A stretch of DNA of 63,650 bases, counting the filler, from Octopus bimaculoides (taxonomy: Eukaryota): the NCBI RefSeq assembly GCF_001194135.2. It is 7 parts of 7 records of this genome, joined end to end, with 100 filler letters (N's around TTAATTAATTAA, not from the genome) between each part and the next. Parts side by side here need not be neighbours in the genome. Positions count along the whole stretch, not along the records: positions 1 to 12,195 come from NC_068991.1; 6 more parts are not named here. The stretch is one strand, 5' to 3'. A program made the position numbers and the translations under genes. Below the pieces are notes generated by a model. That model saw nothing but the letters and a program-made list of their open reading frames with translations. It was not told where the DNA came from and did no database searches. Shown here piece by piece: positions 1-11,273 of the stretch (position 1 is the first letter of the stretch; every line of letters starts with the position of its first letter).

Positions 1-19
1 TATCGGATCTCTTTTGAGT

Positions 20-283
20 TTCGATTCCCAGACCGGGCGTTGTGAGTGTTTATTGAGTGAAAAAACCTAAGCTCCACGAGGCTCCGGCAGGGGGTGGTGG
101 CGACCCCCGTTGTACTCTTTCATCCCAACTTTCTCTCACTCTTTCTTCCTGTTTCTTGAGTAACGCTGCAATGGACTGGCATCCCATCCAGCTGGGGGGA
201 ACAAATACGCCATAGAAACCGGGAAACAGGGTCCATGAGCCTGGCTAGGCTTTGAAAGGGTGAAAAAAAGAGAAAAAAAAAAA
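20..283 (+). mobile_element. tRNA-derived SINE (family A head, alternative 3' tail), 5' end outside or at the window edge
   Basis: Shares GTTTCGATTCCCAGACCGGGCGTTGTGAGTG...CTTTCTCTCACTC with the copies at 474, 2339 and 34059, then diverges into GCAATGGACTGGCATCCCATCCAGCTGGGG... and an A-rich tail. Confidence 0.8.
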
Positions 284-473
284 AATTGAGCCATTATCAT
301 CCCAGTGTAGTGCCTTGGTCATGCAGTCCTATCTCTGTCTATATTCCTTCTGTTCCAAAGGACTACAAGAACTTTTTATGTGCATAATGGATTCCTCTTT
401 CTCATATCATACTCTGCTCTCTGCACTTTTCATGGATTTGTCTATTTTGGCTTTTATGATATCCATCCCCAAA

Positions 474-858
474 GTGGAGGCGCAATGGCCCAGTGGTTAG
501 GGCAGTGGACTCACGGTCATAGGATCATGGTTTCAATTCCCAGACCAGGCGTTGTGAGTGTTTATTGAGCGGAAACACCGAAAGCTCCACGAGGCTCCGG
601 CAGGGGATGGTGGCAAACCCTGCTGTACTCTTTCACCATAGCTTTCTCTCACTCTTTGTTCCTGTTTCTGTTGTGCCTGTAATTCAAAGGGTCAGCCTTG
701 TCACACTGTGTCACGTTGAATATCCCCGAGAACTACGTTAAGGGTAAACGTGTCTGTGGAGTGCTCAGCCACTTGCACATTAATTTCACGAGCAGGCTGT
801 TCTGTTGATCGGATCAACTGGAACCCTCGACGTCGTAAGCAACAGAGTACCAACAACA
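474..858 (+). mobile_element. Full-length tRNA-derived SINE family A
   Basis: A box TGGCCCAGTGG, B box GTTTCAATTCC and (CAA)n tail. The 17-bp TSD ATGATAT(C/T)CATCCCCAA is at 456-472 and 859-875. Confidence 0.92.
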
Positions 859-942
859 ATGATATTCATCCCCAACAACTGGCTTTGAGCAGCTATTATG
901 AATCTTTCAGTTTCTTTCTTAAGGTCTGTTATTACTATTATC

Positions 943-1135
943 AAGGCAGCAAGCTGGCAAAATGCTTAGCGGTAGTTCGTCTATCACTACGTTCTGAGTT
1001 CAAATTCCGCTAAGGTCGACTTTGCTTATCATCCTTTCGGAGTCAATTAAATAAGTACTAGTTACACACTGGGGTAGATGTGATCGACTTAATCCCTTCC
1101 CTCAAATTTGGGGCCTCGTGCTTCCAGTAGAAAGA

Positions 1136-1176
<41 letters not shown>

Positions 1177-1398
1177 GGTGGCGAGCTGGCAGCATTGTTA
1201 GCATGCTGGGTGAAATGCTTGGCAGTATTTCATCCGTCTTCACGTTCTGAGCTCAAATTCTGCCAAGGTCGACTTTGCTTTTAACATTTCAGGGTTGATA
1301 AANNNNNNNNNNNNNNNNNNNNNNNNNNNNNNNNNNNNNNNNNNNNNNNNNNNNNNNNNNNNNNNNNNNNNNNNNNNNNNNNNNNNNNNNNNNNNNNA

Positions 1399-1452
<54 letters not shown>

Positions 1453-1812
1453 AAGGCGGTGAGCTGGCAGAATCGTTAAAATGCCGGGCGAAATGCTTAA
1501 TGGTATTTCGTCTGTCGCTGCGCTGTGAGTTCAAATTCCGCAGAGGCCAACTTTGCCTTTCATCCTTCCAGGCTCGATAAATCAAATACCAGTTGAGTAC
1601 TGGGGTCGATGTAATCAACTATCCCCTTCCCCCAAATTTCAGGACTTGTGTGCCTATAGTAGAAAGGATTATTATTAGTAAGGTGGAGAGTTCGCACAAT
1701 CATTAGCATCCTGAGTAAAATGCTTAGTGGTATGTTGTCTGTCATTACATTTTGAGTCCAAATGCTTTCAAAGAGTTCAAAGAAAGGATTATTATTATTA
1801 TTATTATTATTT
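943..1812 (+). mobile_element. Head-to-tail chain of four family B SINE copies separated by (ATT)n
   Basis: The head AAGGCGG(C/T)GAGCTGGCAG...GAGTTCAAATTCC recurs at ~943, 1175, 1453 and 1680. Bodies end in ...GTAGAAAG(A/G)ATTATTATT. Confidence 0.88.
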
Positions 1813-2338
1813 TAATGTTCACTTTTCCATGCTTTCATGGGTCAGACAGACAGAGTTTACTTAGGCAAATGCCCTTCCTGTCACTAATCCTTACCTGTTT
1901 CCAAAGAAAGTAATATTCCTCCATGGCCAGAGATGATTTCACAGAATATTAGAAACACACTGCTTGTGTGACAATGACATTCATTTACATTGATCATGCA
2001 ACATCAAGGCGAGAGACAAGGAGACAAATATATACACACTCACATTCACATACATATGCACATGTACATATGACAAACTTGTAGCTTCTGTCAACCAAAT
2101 CCACTTTCAAGATTTTGGTCAGACCAGGGGGCTATGGTAGTTCTACACCTACCCTGGGTGCTATGCAATGGGACTGAACTCTGAACCATATAGTTCAGAA
2201 GCAAACTTCTTAACCACACAGCTACAATTGCACTTATCATACTGAATAAATAATAAATACTGTCAACCTTTCATTTTTATGCTTCACAATTTAAATATTC
2301 TGCTAATTTGCTTTTATTCATCCTTACAGTATGCAACA

Positions 2339-2784
2339 GTGGAGGCGCAATGGCCCAGTGGTTAGGGCAGCAGACTCGCGGTCATAGGATCGCGGTTTCA
2401 ATTCCCAGACCGGGTGTTGTGAGTGTTTATTGAGCGAAAACACTGAAAGCTCCATGAGGCTCCGACAGGGGTTGGTGGCAAACCCTGCTGTACACTTTCA
2501 CCACAACTTTCTCTCATTCTTACTTCCTATTTTCTGTTGTGCCTGTAATTCAAAGGGTCAGCCTTGTCACACTGTGTCACGCTGAATATCCCCGAGAACT
2601 ACGTTAAAGGTACACGTGTCTGTGGAGTGCTCAGCCACTTGCATGTTAATNNNNNNNNNNACGTTAAAGGTACACGTGTCTGTGGAGTGCTCAGCCACTT
2701 GCATGTTAATTTCACGAGCAGGCTGTTCCGTTGATAGGATCAACTGGAACCCTCGACGTCGTAAGCGACGGAGTGCCAACAACA
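2339..2784 (+). mobile_element. Full-length SINE family A (contains a 10-N gap with a duplicated flank)
   Basis: Near-identical to 474-858. The TSD ACAGTATGCA(A/G)CA is at 2326-2338 and 2785-2797. Confidence 0.9.
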
Positions 2785-3674
2785 ACAGTATGCAGCACTC
2801 AATTCGAATTCCCTAGTATTGATTTCTCTTTTAATTCAGTCACATTACTCAACCTGCCCCAACTGCTCCTCTACCTCTACACAGGCCTTGTTTTTCTCTA
2901 AAAGCATTTCTTAACATCACTCATCCACAATATTTCTCTTTCTTCAATCATAGTTATAAATTACCAACACCAATCATTACTAAAAGATTTTTGTTCTTTA
3001 AATTGTGACTTATGCATATATTCGTCTTCAACATTCAGCTACTTCATTTCTCTTTGCAGATTGTGAACACACAGACACCACAGTAGTGATGCCACATGCT
3101 AGAAACAGCAGTTACGCAATCCAGAAATACATGCAGAGTGTCTTAGGAAACAAGATCATCTATGATTTTCTTAACATTCCATTGTCCCAAATATTTCACT
3201 TCCTGCAGTCATTGTTACAAGAAACAATTCTACTGATAACAAAAACATTTCACTATTCTCACAGCTTTTGGACAAATGAATTGTAAATAAAATTCTTTTT
3301 TCTTTTCCATTACTGAATCTACTTTTTATTGTCATTCTTTTACTTTATGTTAGATTCTGAACCATTGTACCTTTTCTTTGTCTAGAGATAGGTCTCTAGA
3401 CAAAGTTCAGAAAACTATCTACATAATCCACATATGACACCATTGTGTTTTCTCACAACATTATGTCGTATATTCATTTATTCAATAACAATATGCATAG
3501 ATGTCCACAGATTTTCCATCATCGTTGGAATGATTTCAGTCTTTCCTGCTATCTTTGAAATACACCACGTCAAACTTCACCTTTAACACCATCTCTACAT
3601 TCACATTGTCTACACTACTCTCCATATCCATATCTCTGTATTCTCCTGCATACATACGTTGTACTCTATATATA

Positions 3675-3840
3675 ATAAGGTGTAGGCATGGTTGTGTGTT
3701 TATGAAGCTAGGTTTGTAACTACATGGTTTTGGGTTTAGTAAGTATCTTAATAAGTGTCTTCTACAATAGCCCTAAGCAGATAAATGACTTGTGGTGAAT
3801 TTGGTAATACAGAAACTATGAGGAAGCCCGTTGCATATAT
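3675..3840 (+). mobile_element. Degenerate family C SINE head
   Basis: Resembles AGGCGCAGGAGTGGCTGTGTGGTAAG...GTGGATTTGGTAGACGGAAACTGAAAGAAGCCCGT seen in better copies at 46310 and 48525. Confidence 0.55.
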
Positions 3841-4129
3841 ATTGTAAACAAACTTATAAGCTCAATGTATCTTGGTGTTCTACAGAAAGTAAAGGAATTC
3901 ATGAATGCAAGAAGGCTGTGAAAACAGCTTAGAAAATTGGGCAAATACCCTTTAGAAGATGAAAAAAAGATCTGATTCCTTGTGGAGGCTTTCCGGACAC
4001 TTTTTTCATTCTTCTAAAGGATTTTTACTTGATTATCTCAGCTGTCTTCGCAGCCTTCTTCCAGTTTTTGCATGTGCACATATTCAAATATGAATTGGAC
4101 CATCAAGTATTTGTTTTCAAAAATTTTCT

Positions 4130-4330
4130 TTCCAATCATCTGGGAACCCTCATTCCATGTATTCAACATTGCTCTTTGTTATGATTCTTAAGGCATTAAA
4201 CTATTTGTGGGCAAGCTGTTAAACTGCATCTGGTAGTGAGGCACCAGCTCGTAAATTCAAAGGTTTTGGAGAGTATAGAGTTATCCGTTACTCACTGCAT
4301 CTCCCAAATTTATTCTTGTTAAGGGCCTCA
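4130..4330 (-). mobile_element. Possible decayed CR1-group LINE ORF2 C-terminus
   Basis: Broken reading gives QFNSLP...LRIITK.NVE...PD, resembling the CR1-group GP.LFN.LP..LRN....FK..LD..L..VPD tail. Many stops. Confidence 0.35.
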
Positions 4331-4787
4331 GTGATAGGTCAAATTGAGAAGATGGTCCTGTTGATCCTATGGTTAGGGTTTACAAAACTCAGAAAAAAGT
4401 GATTTCTATACATGTGTCACACAGTCCCAAATGTGAATGGACATGTCTGGAGGCCATGTAAACCAGTATCTCTGCCTAAGAGTTACATAGGCTCAGTACC
4501 TCAGTTCCATTCTTCTGCATGTACCAAACATTTATACTTAGCCTCAGGTTAACCATGTCATTCTTCTACATTCTGTTATCCGCCTGAGCTTCCGCTTGAG
4601 GGTAAGCTCAAGAGAGTTGGAGCCTAATAGAGTAAATGGTAAAGAAACTAGCAGAAGGTTGCAAGAACTACTGAACCGTCTTTCCATAGAGAAACCACGT
4701 ATCTTTAGACTGAGGAATGAAGATCCATTATTGCATATGAAAAGAGTGAGAGAGAGAAATTCAGTCATTAAACAATCACTTCAGCTG

Positions 4788-5086
4788 TTCTATATTTAAG
4801 AGGTGAGGAATTATGTACATTATTTACATTATTTACATTCGACAGATATTTGTCCTCATCTTGTTTGTTGGTAACACGTTTTGGCTGATATACCCTCCAG
4901 CCTTCAGGTGTCTTGGGGAAATTTCAAACCTGAGTTCTCATTCCTAAAGTATTTTTGCGATGATATTATTATTATTATTATTATTGTTGTTGTTATTGTT
5001 CAGGTCACTGATTGGAATCGAACTCGGAATCTTGGGGTTAGTAGCCCGCACCCTTAACCACTATGCCATATGCCCGTGACCTGAAC

Positions 5087-5117
<31 letters not shown>

Positions 5118-5288
5118 TTGAAAAATACCTTAGGAATGAGAACCCAGGTTCAAAATTTCCCCAAGACACCCGAAGAAGGCTGGAGGGTATATCAGTCAAA
5201 ATGTTGTGTTAACAACAAACAAGATGAGGACAAATATTCGTTGAATGTAAATAATGTAAATAATTACTTCAGCTCTTCAAAATATTGT
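4788..5288. mobile_element. Composite non-autonomous retroelement: tRNA-like head (5001-5083, minus) between inverted ~170-bp arms carrying degenerate hammerhead-like motifs
   Basis: 4788-4965 is the reverse complement of ~5110-5288. The central segment has an A box (TGGCATAGTGG) and a B box (GAGTTCGATTCC) and is bounded by CAGGTCAC/GTGACCTG and (AAT)n. Confidence 0.75.
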
Positions 5289-5516
5289 TTTCATCATTAT
5301 GTATACACACAGACATGAACATCTATACACACAAACATGCATATGTATATAAAATATACACACTTGAACATTTTCATCAAAACACAATTTGATTTTATTT
5401 CATAAGATTTACTAAATGAGACACTTTTTCTTAAAGAAACAAATAAATAAATCTGTCAAGAAAATTAATTATATAAAAAATTAATACTTTTATTTTGAAG
5501 TTTTACATTAAAAAAT

Positions 5517-5555
<39 letters not shown>

Positions 5556-5815
5556 CTGTATATGTGTGTATGCATACATGTATATATGTTATCATCATTG
5601 TTTGACATCCACCTTCCATGCTGGCATGGGTTGGACGGTTATATGTGTGTGTGTGTGTCTATATATATATGCAGACACAACTGTATATACATATACATAC
5701 ATATATTAATATGTGTGTGTATGCATGTATGTATGTAGATATATGTGTGTGTGTTTGTGTGTGTATATATATACTTACACATGCACATCTTTGTGTGTGA
5801 ATGTATGTGTATGAA

Positions 5816-5854
<39 letters not shown>

Positions 5855-6086
5855 GGGAATGTTGAGGTAAATTTCAGATTTTTGTTACAAAGTAGTAGTA
5901 CTCCAAGAACAAAAATTCCATCATTTCTACTCTTTGTTCTTATGAAAATTTCCTTATTTCTTCCAAACTAGCACGCTGCCTTCATAATCCGAAGAAAGTA
6001 CAAAAAAAAAAAAAAAAACACAAACGAATGGAAAAACAAGTACGAAAAAAAAAAAATTGCAAAAATAAAAACTAGCACTCTATTGA

Positions 6087-6274
6087 TCAGTCACAATCAA
6101 TCAGGTAAGCATGGTTACAAATTTTAAGGTCAGAATCGAATCGGGTTCCAGCAGGGCAATTCATCAATATTGGTCTGAATTCATAGTTATCAGCAGGAAC
6201 ACAGATGTAGAAATGTTCACATGAGTTTGGGGCTGCAAACAGTCCTAGTGCTTTACATTGAAACTGGATTTTCT
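6087..6274 (-). CDS. Chitinase terminal exon, CBM14 (peritrophin-A) chitin-binding domain: (E)KIQFQCKALGLFAAPNSCEHFYICVPADNYEFRPILMNCPAGTRFDSDLKICNHAYLIDCD*
   Basis: Not in the ORF track; found by manual translation. The acceptor TTTAACCCAG| is phase 1, matching the previous donor. Six cysteines have CBM14 spacing with a CP.GT.F motif; the stop TGA is at 6089-6087. Confidence 0.92.
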
Positions 6275-6509
6275 CTGGGTTAAATAATACAAGTAATTAG
6301 ATTGGTTGTTTGTCGATAAATCAGCAGATTTTGGTAGATTGGTAAATTGGTATATTGGTAGTTTGGTAAGTTTTGGTAGATTGTTTGATCAAATAGCATG
6401 GTGTGTGTGTGGTAAAAAAATAAAGAAAATAAGGAGGAAAATGATAAAAAAAATAAAGAATATAAACATTCAAAATATTAATACAAATATGAACAATATT
6501 ATCATCATT

Positions 6510-6905
6510 ATTAGGTCGACTTTGCCTTTCATTCTTTTGGGGGCTCGATCAATTAAGTACCAGTTGCATACTGGGGTCAATCTTATCGACTGCCCCCCCN
6601 NNNNNNNNNNNNNNNNNNNNNNNNNNNNNNNNNNNNNNNNNNNNNNNNNNNNNNNNNNNNNNNNNNNNNNNNNNNNNNNNNNNNNNNNNNNNNNNNNNNN
6701 NNNNNNNNNNNNNNNNNNNNNNNNNNNNNNNNNNNNNNNNNNNNNNNNNNNNNNNNNNNNNNNNNNNNNNNNNNNNNNNNNNNNNNNNNNNNNNNNNNNN
6801 NNNNNNNNNNNNNNNNNNNNNNNNNNNNNNNNNNNNNNNNNNNNNNNNNNNNNNNNNNNNNNNNNNNNNNNNNNNNNNNNNNNNNNNNNNNNNNNNGTAG
6901 AAAGG

Positions 6906-6944
<39 letters not shown>
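6510..6944 (+). mobile_element. Family B SINE 3' part with (ATT)n tail (interrupted by a gap)
   Basis: GGTCGACTTTGCCTTTCAT...CTGGGGTCAAT, and GTAGAAAGGATTATTATT after the gap. Confidence 0.75.
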
Positions 6945-6947
<3 letters not shown>

Positions 6948-7022
6948 TAGTTTTATTTTTATAACGTGCTTTCACTTCACTACCGAGCACAGCTCTGTGT
7001 GCCTTGGGTATGTGCTGTGGTT
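6945..7022 (-). mobile_element. 5'-truncated R4/Dong LINE 3' UTR inside an (ATT)n array
   Basis: Same sequence as 59435-59538 and as the 3' UTR of the RLE-coding fragment at 60775-61116. Flanked by (ATT)n on both sides. Confidence 0.8.
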
Positions 7023-7036
7023 TATTATTATTATTG

Positions 7037-7077
<41 letters not shown>

Positions 7078-7366
7078 ATGACTACTGGTGAGTTTGGCAG
7101 AAATGTTTGTGCACTGGACAGAATGCTAAGCACCATTTTTTTCTGGTTCTTTACATGCTGAAAATACCTCAAGAGACGACTTCATTTGTTCAACCAGTAG
7201 CTATCAACCTGCTCAACTGGGCTACTCATAGGAATAAAAGTTATGATTAATGCCAACCCATGAGCTCTAGAAATTTTTGTTCCTTTCCCATCCAGTTTCA
7301 AAAGTCATGGATATTGCTCTCCATCTTTTGATTAAATCATAAAAAAAAATACAGGAAGTTCCTTAC

Positions 7367-7559
7367 CTTTCACAGATATTGGTGGCTTGCCACCAGCTCT
7401 GGAAGACAGACCATCATCATAATCGGAAGCCATTGACAGTATCTTATATACTGTAGATATCAGTGGATATTTTTCCTCTCCACAGTGACCACTGAAGTCA
7501 TCCATCTCCACTGACCACAAGAACGCTCCAGCCAAGTCTCTTTTAACAATATTGTCTGC
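7367..7559 (-). CDS. GH18 chitinase exon (end of catalytic barrel plus linker): ADNIVKRDLAGAFLWSVEMDDFSGHCGEEKYPLISTVYKIL...PPISVK
   Basis: TTTTACAG| acceptor and AAG|GTAAGG donor (phase 1). LAGAFLWSVEMDDF.G.C...YPL matches the GH18 C-terminal LGGAMVW.LD.DDF motif. Confidence 0.93.
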
Positions 7560-7721
7560 CTGTAAAAGAAAAATAATATATTTTTTTGTATATATATTTA
7601 CATATATACATATATATATGTATACATAAACACATGCACACACCTACATACATATACCTAAATACAAAGATTCTTGTATGAGTAAAATTCATTTACATAT
7701 CCATAGTTATACATACATACA

Positions 7722-7954
7722 TATCATCATCATCATCATCGTTTAACGTCCGCTTTCCATGCTAGCATGGGTTGGACAATTTGACTGAGGACTGGTGAAC
7801 CAGATGGCTGCACCAGGTTCCAATCTGATTTGGCAGAGTTTCTACAACTGGATGCCCTTCCTAATGCCAACCACTCCGAGAGTATAGTGGGTGCTTCTAT
7901 GTGCCACCAGCATGAGGGCCAGTCAAGTGGTACTGGCAACGGCCACACTCAAAT
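7722..7954 (-). mobile_element. Repeat with (GAT)n tail, probably RTE-related SINE/LINE 3' end (family D)
   Basis: (ATC)n-GTTTAACGTCCGCTTTCCATGCTAGCATGGG...CTGGATGCCCTTCCTAATGCCAACC. Related pieces lie at ~1810-1880 and 5590-5640. Confidence 0.7.
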
Positions 7955-8248
7955 GCCTAGTACTTATTCTATCGGTCTGTTTTGCCAAACCACTAAGTTA
8001 CGGGGACGTAAACACACCAGCATCGGTTGTCAAGCGATGTTGGGGGGACAAACACAGACACACAAACACACATGTATATATATACATATATATATGACAG
8101 GCTTCTTTCAGTTTCTGTCTACCAAATCCACTCACAAGGCTTTGGTCGGCTCGAGGCTATAGTAGAAGACACTTGCCCAAGGTGACACGCAGTGGGAACG
8201 AACCCGGAACCATGTGGTTGGTAAGTAAGCTACTTACCACACAGCCAC
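7955..8248 (-). mobile_element. Family C SINE (internal CA/TA microsatellite)
   Basis: Matches the copies at 46310-46685 and 48525-48935. Confidence 0.85.
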
Positions 8249-8999
8249 CATATATATTTATGTTGTCTTTATTTAAAAATTTCAGATAGAGGTCATTTGC
8301 ATATGTGAGTGCTTATGTACTCAGTTGATATATTTAACTAAAGATGGGATTTTACTAGTTTTTAAAGCATATTTCTGTAGCTACCTTTGGAGTACCCCCA
8401 AGTGTTGTAGCACTGAAAATACATCAGACAGGACTTATCCATGATCAAAAGATAGTAATATATTTGATATTTATGTATAATCTATGGTGCTAAAAAATTT
8501 TCCAAAAATCCAAATTTAAAAACTGTTGAAGTAAAATATTTCAACAAATAACTAAAAAACTTAAATAGGAAAAATATTTTCACCACCACCACCACCTGCT
8601 ACATATATTTTTAATCTGGATTTACCTCCAAACACAGACACACAGACACATACATGCACCACACCACATACATATAAATGATGATGATGATGATGATGAT
8701 GATGGTGATGACAATGGTTGACTGTGATGATGATGAAGATGATGATGATGATGTTGATGATAATAATGATGATGATGATGGTGATGTTAATAGTGATGGT
8801 TGTGGCATCCATTTTTATGATGTTCTTGATAGTGATGCTGATGATAATGATGAAGATGAGACGGGTATCAATAACAATGATGATAGGGGTAGTAGTGATT
8901 GTTAGGATGATGTTTCTGTTATTGTTGTTGATGGTGGTGGTGGTGGAAGTGCTGTTGATGATAATGATGATGATGATGATGATGAAAATGACAACCTAC

Positions 9000-9122
9000 C
9001 TTTAAAGAAATACTGTCTGGATTCTCAAAGCCAACCCATTCTCCATTGCCATGAGCAAATGGTACCTTCTGGCTGTCAATCCATTCCACTGTCCAGTTCT
9101 CTAGTTGAATCTTCTCACAGAT
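9000..9122 (-). CDS. GH18 chitinase exon: ICEKIQLENWTVEWIDSQKVPFAHGNGEWVGFENPDSISLK
   Basis: 123 bp between a TTTGCAG| acceptor and an AAG|GTAGGT donor, phase 0/0. It continues YE-IC from the previous exon and carries the VP(F/Y)A..G..WVG(F/Y) chitinase insertion-domain motif. Confidence 0.93.
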
Positions 9123-9539
9123 CTGCAAATTAAATATGGTGTATACTGAGATTTCCTTAGTGGTTCTCATGCAATCTTGTATAAACTTAACACACACACA
9201 CACACACACATTGAAGGCCTTTTCACATTTTCTATGGTAAGTATTCAGAGCTAAAACGCAGACACGCTTTTCCTGTCAGAGTAACACACATAAAGGTCCT
9301 CTTGGTGATCACTCAAACTGCTAAAAATAGCAGCAAAATCCCCAAAACTCACATTCGACAAATCTTAAAAATAGATTCGCACAATGGATAATGTAGTCCT
9401 AGATATACAAATAGATTAGTTGTTTATGTCTTTGAGTATAGATTTGCTTAATCAAACTTGGTATCGGACCAAAGAATTACAACAATATGGCATTTGTTCT
9501 CTCACCCTCTAATCTGCAGTTGATAAGGTAAACTAATCT

Positions 9540-9900
9540 AAGGGAGTGAACTGGCAGAAAAGTTAGCACGACGGACAAAACGTTTAATAGCATTTATTTT
9601 AGCTCTTTATGTTCTGAGTTCAAATACTATCGAAGCTGACTTTTCCTTTCATTCTTTCAGTGTCAATCAAATAAGTACCAGTTGAGTGCTGGGGATCAAT
9701 GTGAACTACTTTTCCCTATTCCCCTTAAAATTACTGGCTTTGTGCCAGAATTAGAAACCATTAAAAGCAGCGACCTGGCAGAATTGTTAGTACGCCAGAA
9801 AAAAATGCTGAGCAGCATTTCATCTAGCTTTACATTCTGAGTTCATATCCACCCCTGGGGTCAATTATGCCTTTTATCCTTTCAGGACCAATAAAATAAG
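9540..9900 (+). mobile_element. Two tandem degenerate family B SINEs
   Basis: The head GAACTGGCAGAA...GAGTTCAAAT occurs at ~9545 and again at ~9770. Confidence 0.7.
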
Positions 9901-10309
9901 TAGAAAATTTGCTTAGGAGTGCAAACCCTGGTTCAAAATTTTTTACAAAGTTTTATTGTTTTTTTCCGTATTTATTTTTGTTCTTTGTTCTTTGAGAAGA
10001 AACCTAACTTCAAACTCCTTGTTACAGATAATTTTTCATGCACTAAAAGTAAGTAGGGATACAAATTTTGATTTTGCACCCCACAAAAATTTTGGGAGGT
10101 GCACTTGCACCCTCTATTCCTGGGCTTACGGCTGGGTTCGATGGTGCTGAGTTGATCCTACTTGCAAAATTTCAGATCGTCTGCCTATACTAAAAAGCGA
10201 TCTGGTAAAATTATCTGAAATATGCTACATGAGTTACCTCCCCTCTATTAGTAATATGCCGGTGAAACAAACTGCATTATTCAATTAAACTTCTTAAAGG
10301 CGCCAGCGT

Positions 10310-10730
10310 GTGTGTTTATTTAGCAGCTATTTCTTGCAAAAGTTAACTAACGCATGTAAAATTATTCCTGCAGCCAGACGAATACCCGCCGTCAGGCATC
10401 TACTATACATTGAACGTCTTGCTTCCCTGGGCATGAACACATTAAAGTTCCGACGTCTGGCAACTGACTTGGCAGACATCCACAAGATTATCCACCATCT
10501 CTCCAACAACAACCTTCGGCACCTTTTTGAATTCCATGTGTTTAACACTCGTGGTCATGCTTACAAAATCAAAAGAGCAACACAGCACCCATAACTTTCG
10601 GTAACACCTTTTCACGCTCAGAATTGCTGAAGCATGGAGTAAACTACCCGCATCAGTTATTACCTGTTCAGACACTGCATTCTTCAAAACTTCCATGCTT
10701 CCTGAAATTCGCCAACAGTACACATAATGC
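10310..10730 (+). mobile_element. CR1-group LINE ORF2 3' end (frameshifted relic)
   Basis: Y.ERL..LG..TL..RRL..DL...HKII...TRGH.YK, then in another frame FTLRIAEAWSKLPASV. This is the canonical CR1/L2 C-terminal motif series. Confidence 0.85.
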
Positions 10731-11273
10731 GCCCCAACTTTTTTTTAACGACTTTCCAAGTCTAGAATCACGACTTTCCAAGTCTAGAATCACGACTTAA
10801 ACATATTTTCATAAAAGGTAAAAAAGTCGCCATAAAAGATATCAATGTCTACCAAAATATGGTTTTCGATCATTCAGTACTGGCTGATTTATTTATGGCT
10901 AAGGCGGCAACCCTATTGGAAGCAATAAAAGTTTTCCTGCCAAACGGTTTCTCGGTTGACGGTTCTTTGAAGGCGAGAAAAATTGAGCTTAGAGCAGAGC
11001 TATCCGATGTTTTATCAAGGTTATGTTGCTTTTACCCCTCGAATGATATTTTCTCCCCTCTCTCACCTATTCTCTTGGCAAATTCAAATTAACCAGAGAG
11101 GTATTTCAGGATTTGTAAGAATCAGTCGTTTTTCTCGTAGTCTCTTAACTTGCTAATCTTTATCTCTTACAGGCCTTAACTAGTAGTGTCAATCAACGAA
11201 TATTAATTATATGTAATGACTTCTATGTGCTGCTGCACCACTTCAACGCTATTAATTTATTGAATGTATGTCT

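Noticed and set aside
474-545. tRNA gene candidates at SINE heads (also 2339, 5001-5083, 34059, 35624)
   Set aside because: A/B boxes are present, but the acceptor and T stems do not close, and each continues into a shared repeat body, in three cases with TSDs.
2601-2710. Apparent tandem duplications flanking short N gaps (also ~38016-38100, 61270-61385, 62216-62370, 62851-62960)
   Set aside because: Identical sequence on both sides of a gap indicates unmerged contig overlaps.
3480-3650. Possible chitinase last exon (GEYRDMDMESS...KD*)
   Set aside because: The acceptor is weak, there is no domain similarity, and the real CBM14 terminal exon was found at 6087-6274.
4544-4799. Overlapping opposite-strand ORFs of 67-74 aa
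   Set aside because: No recognisable motif or splice context, and they lie next to repeat relics.
10749-10799. 22-bp tandem duplication ACGACTTTCCAAGTCTAGAATC x2.3
   Set aside because: A simple local duplication at a repeat boundary with no further structure.
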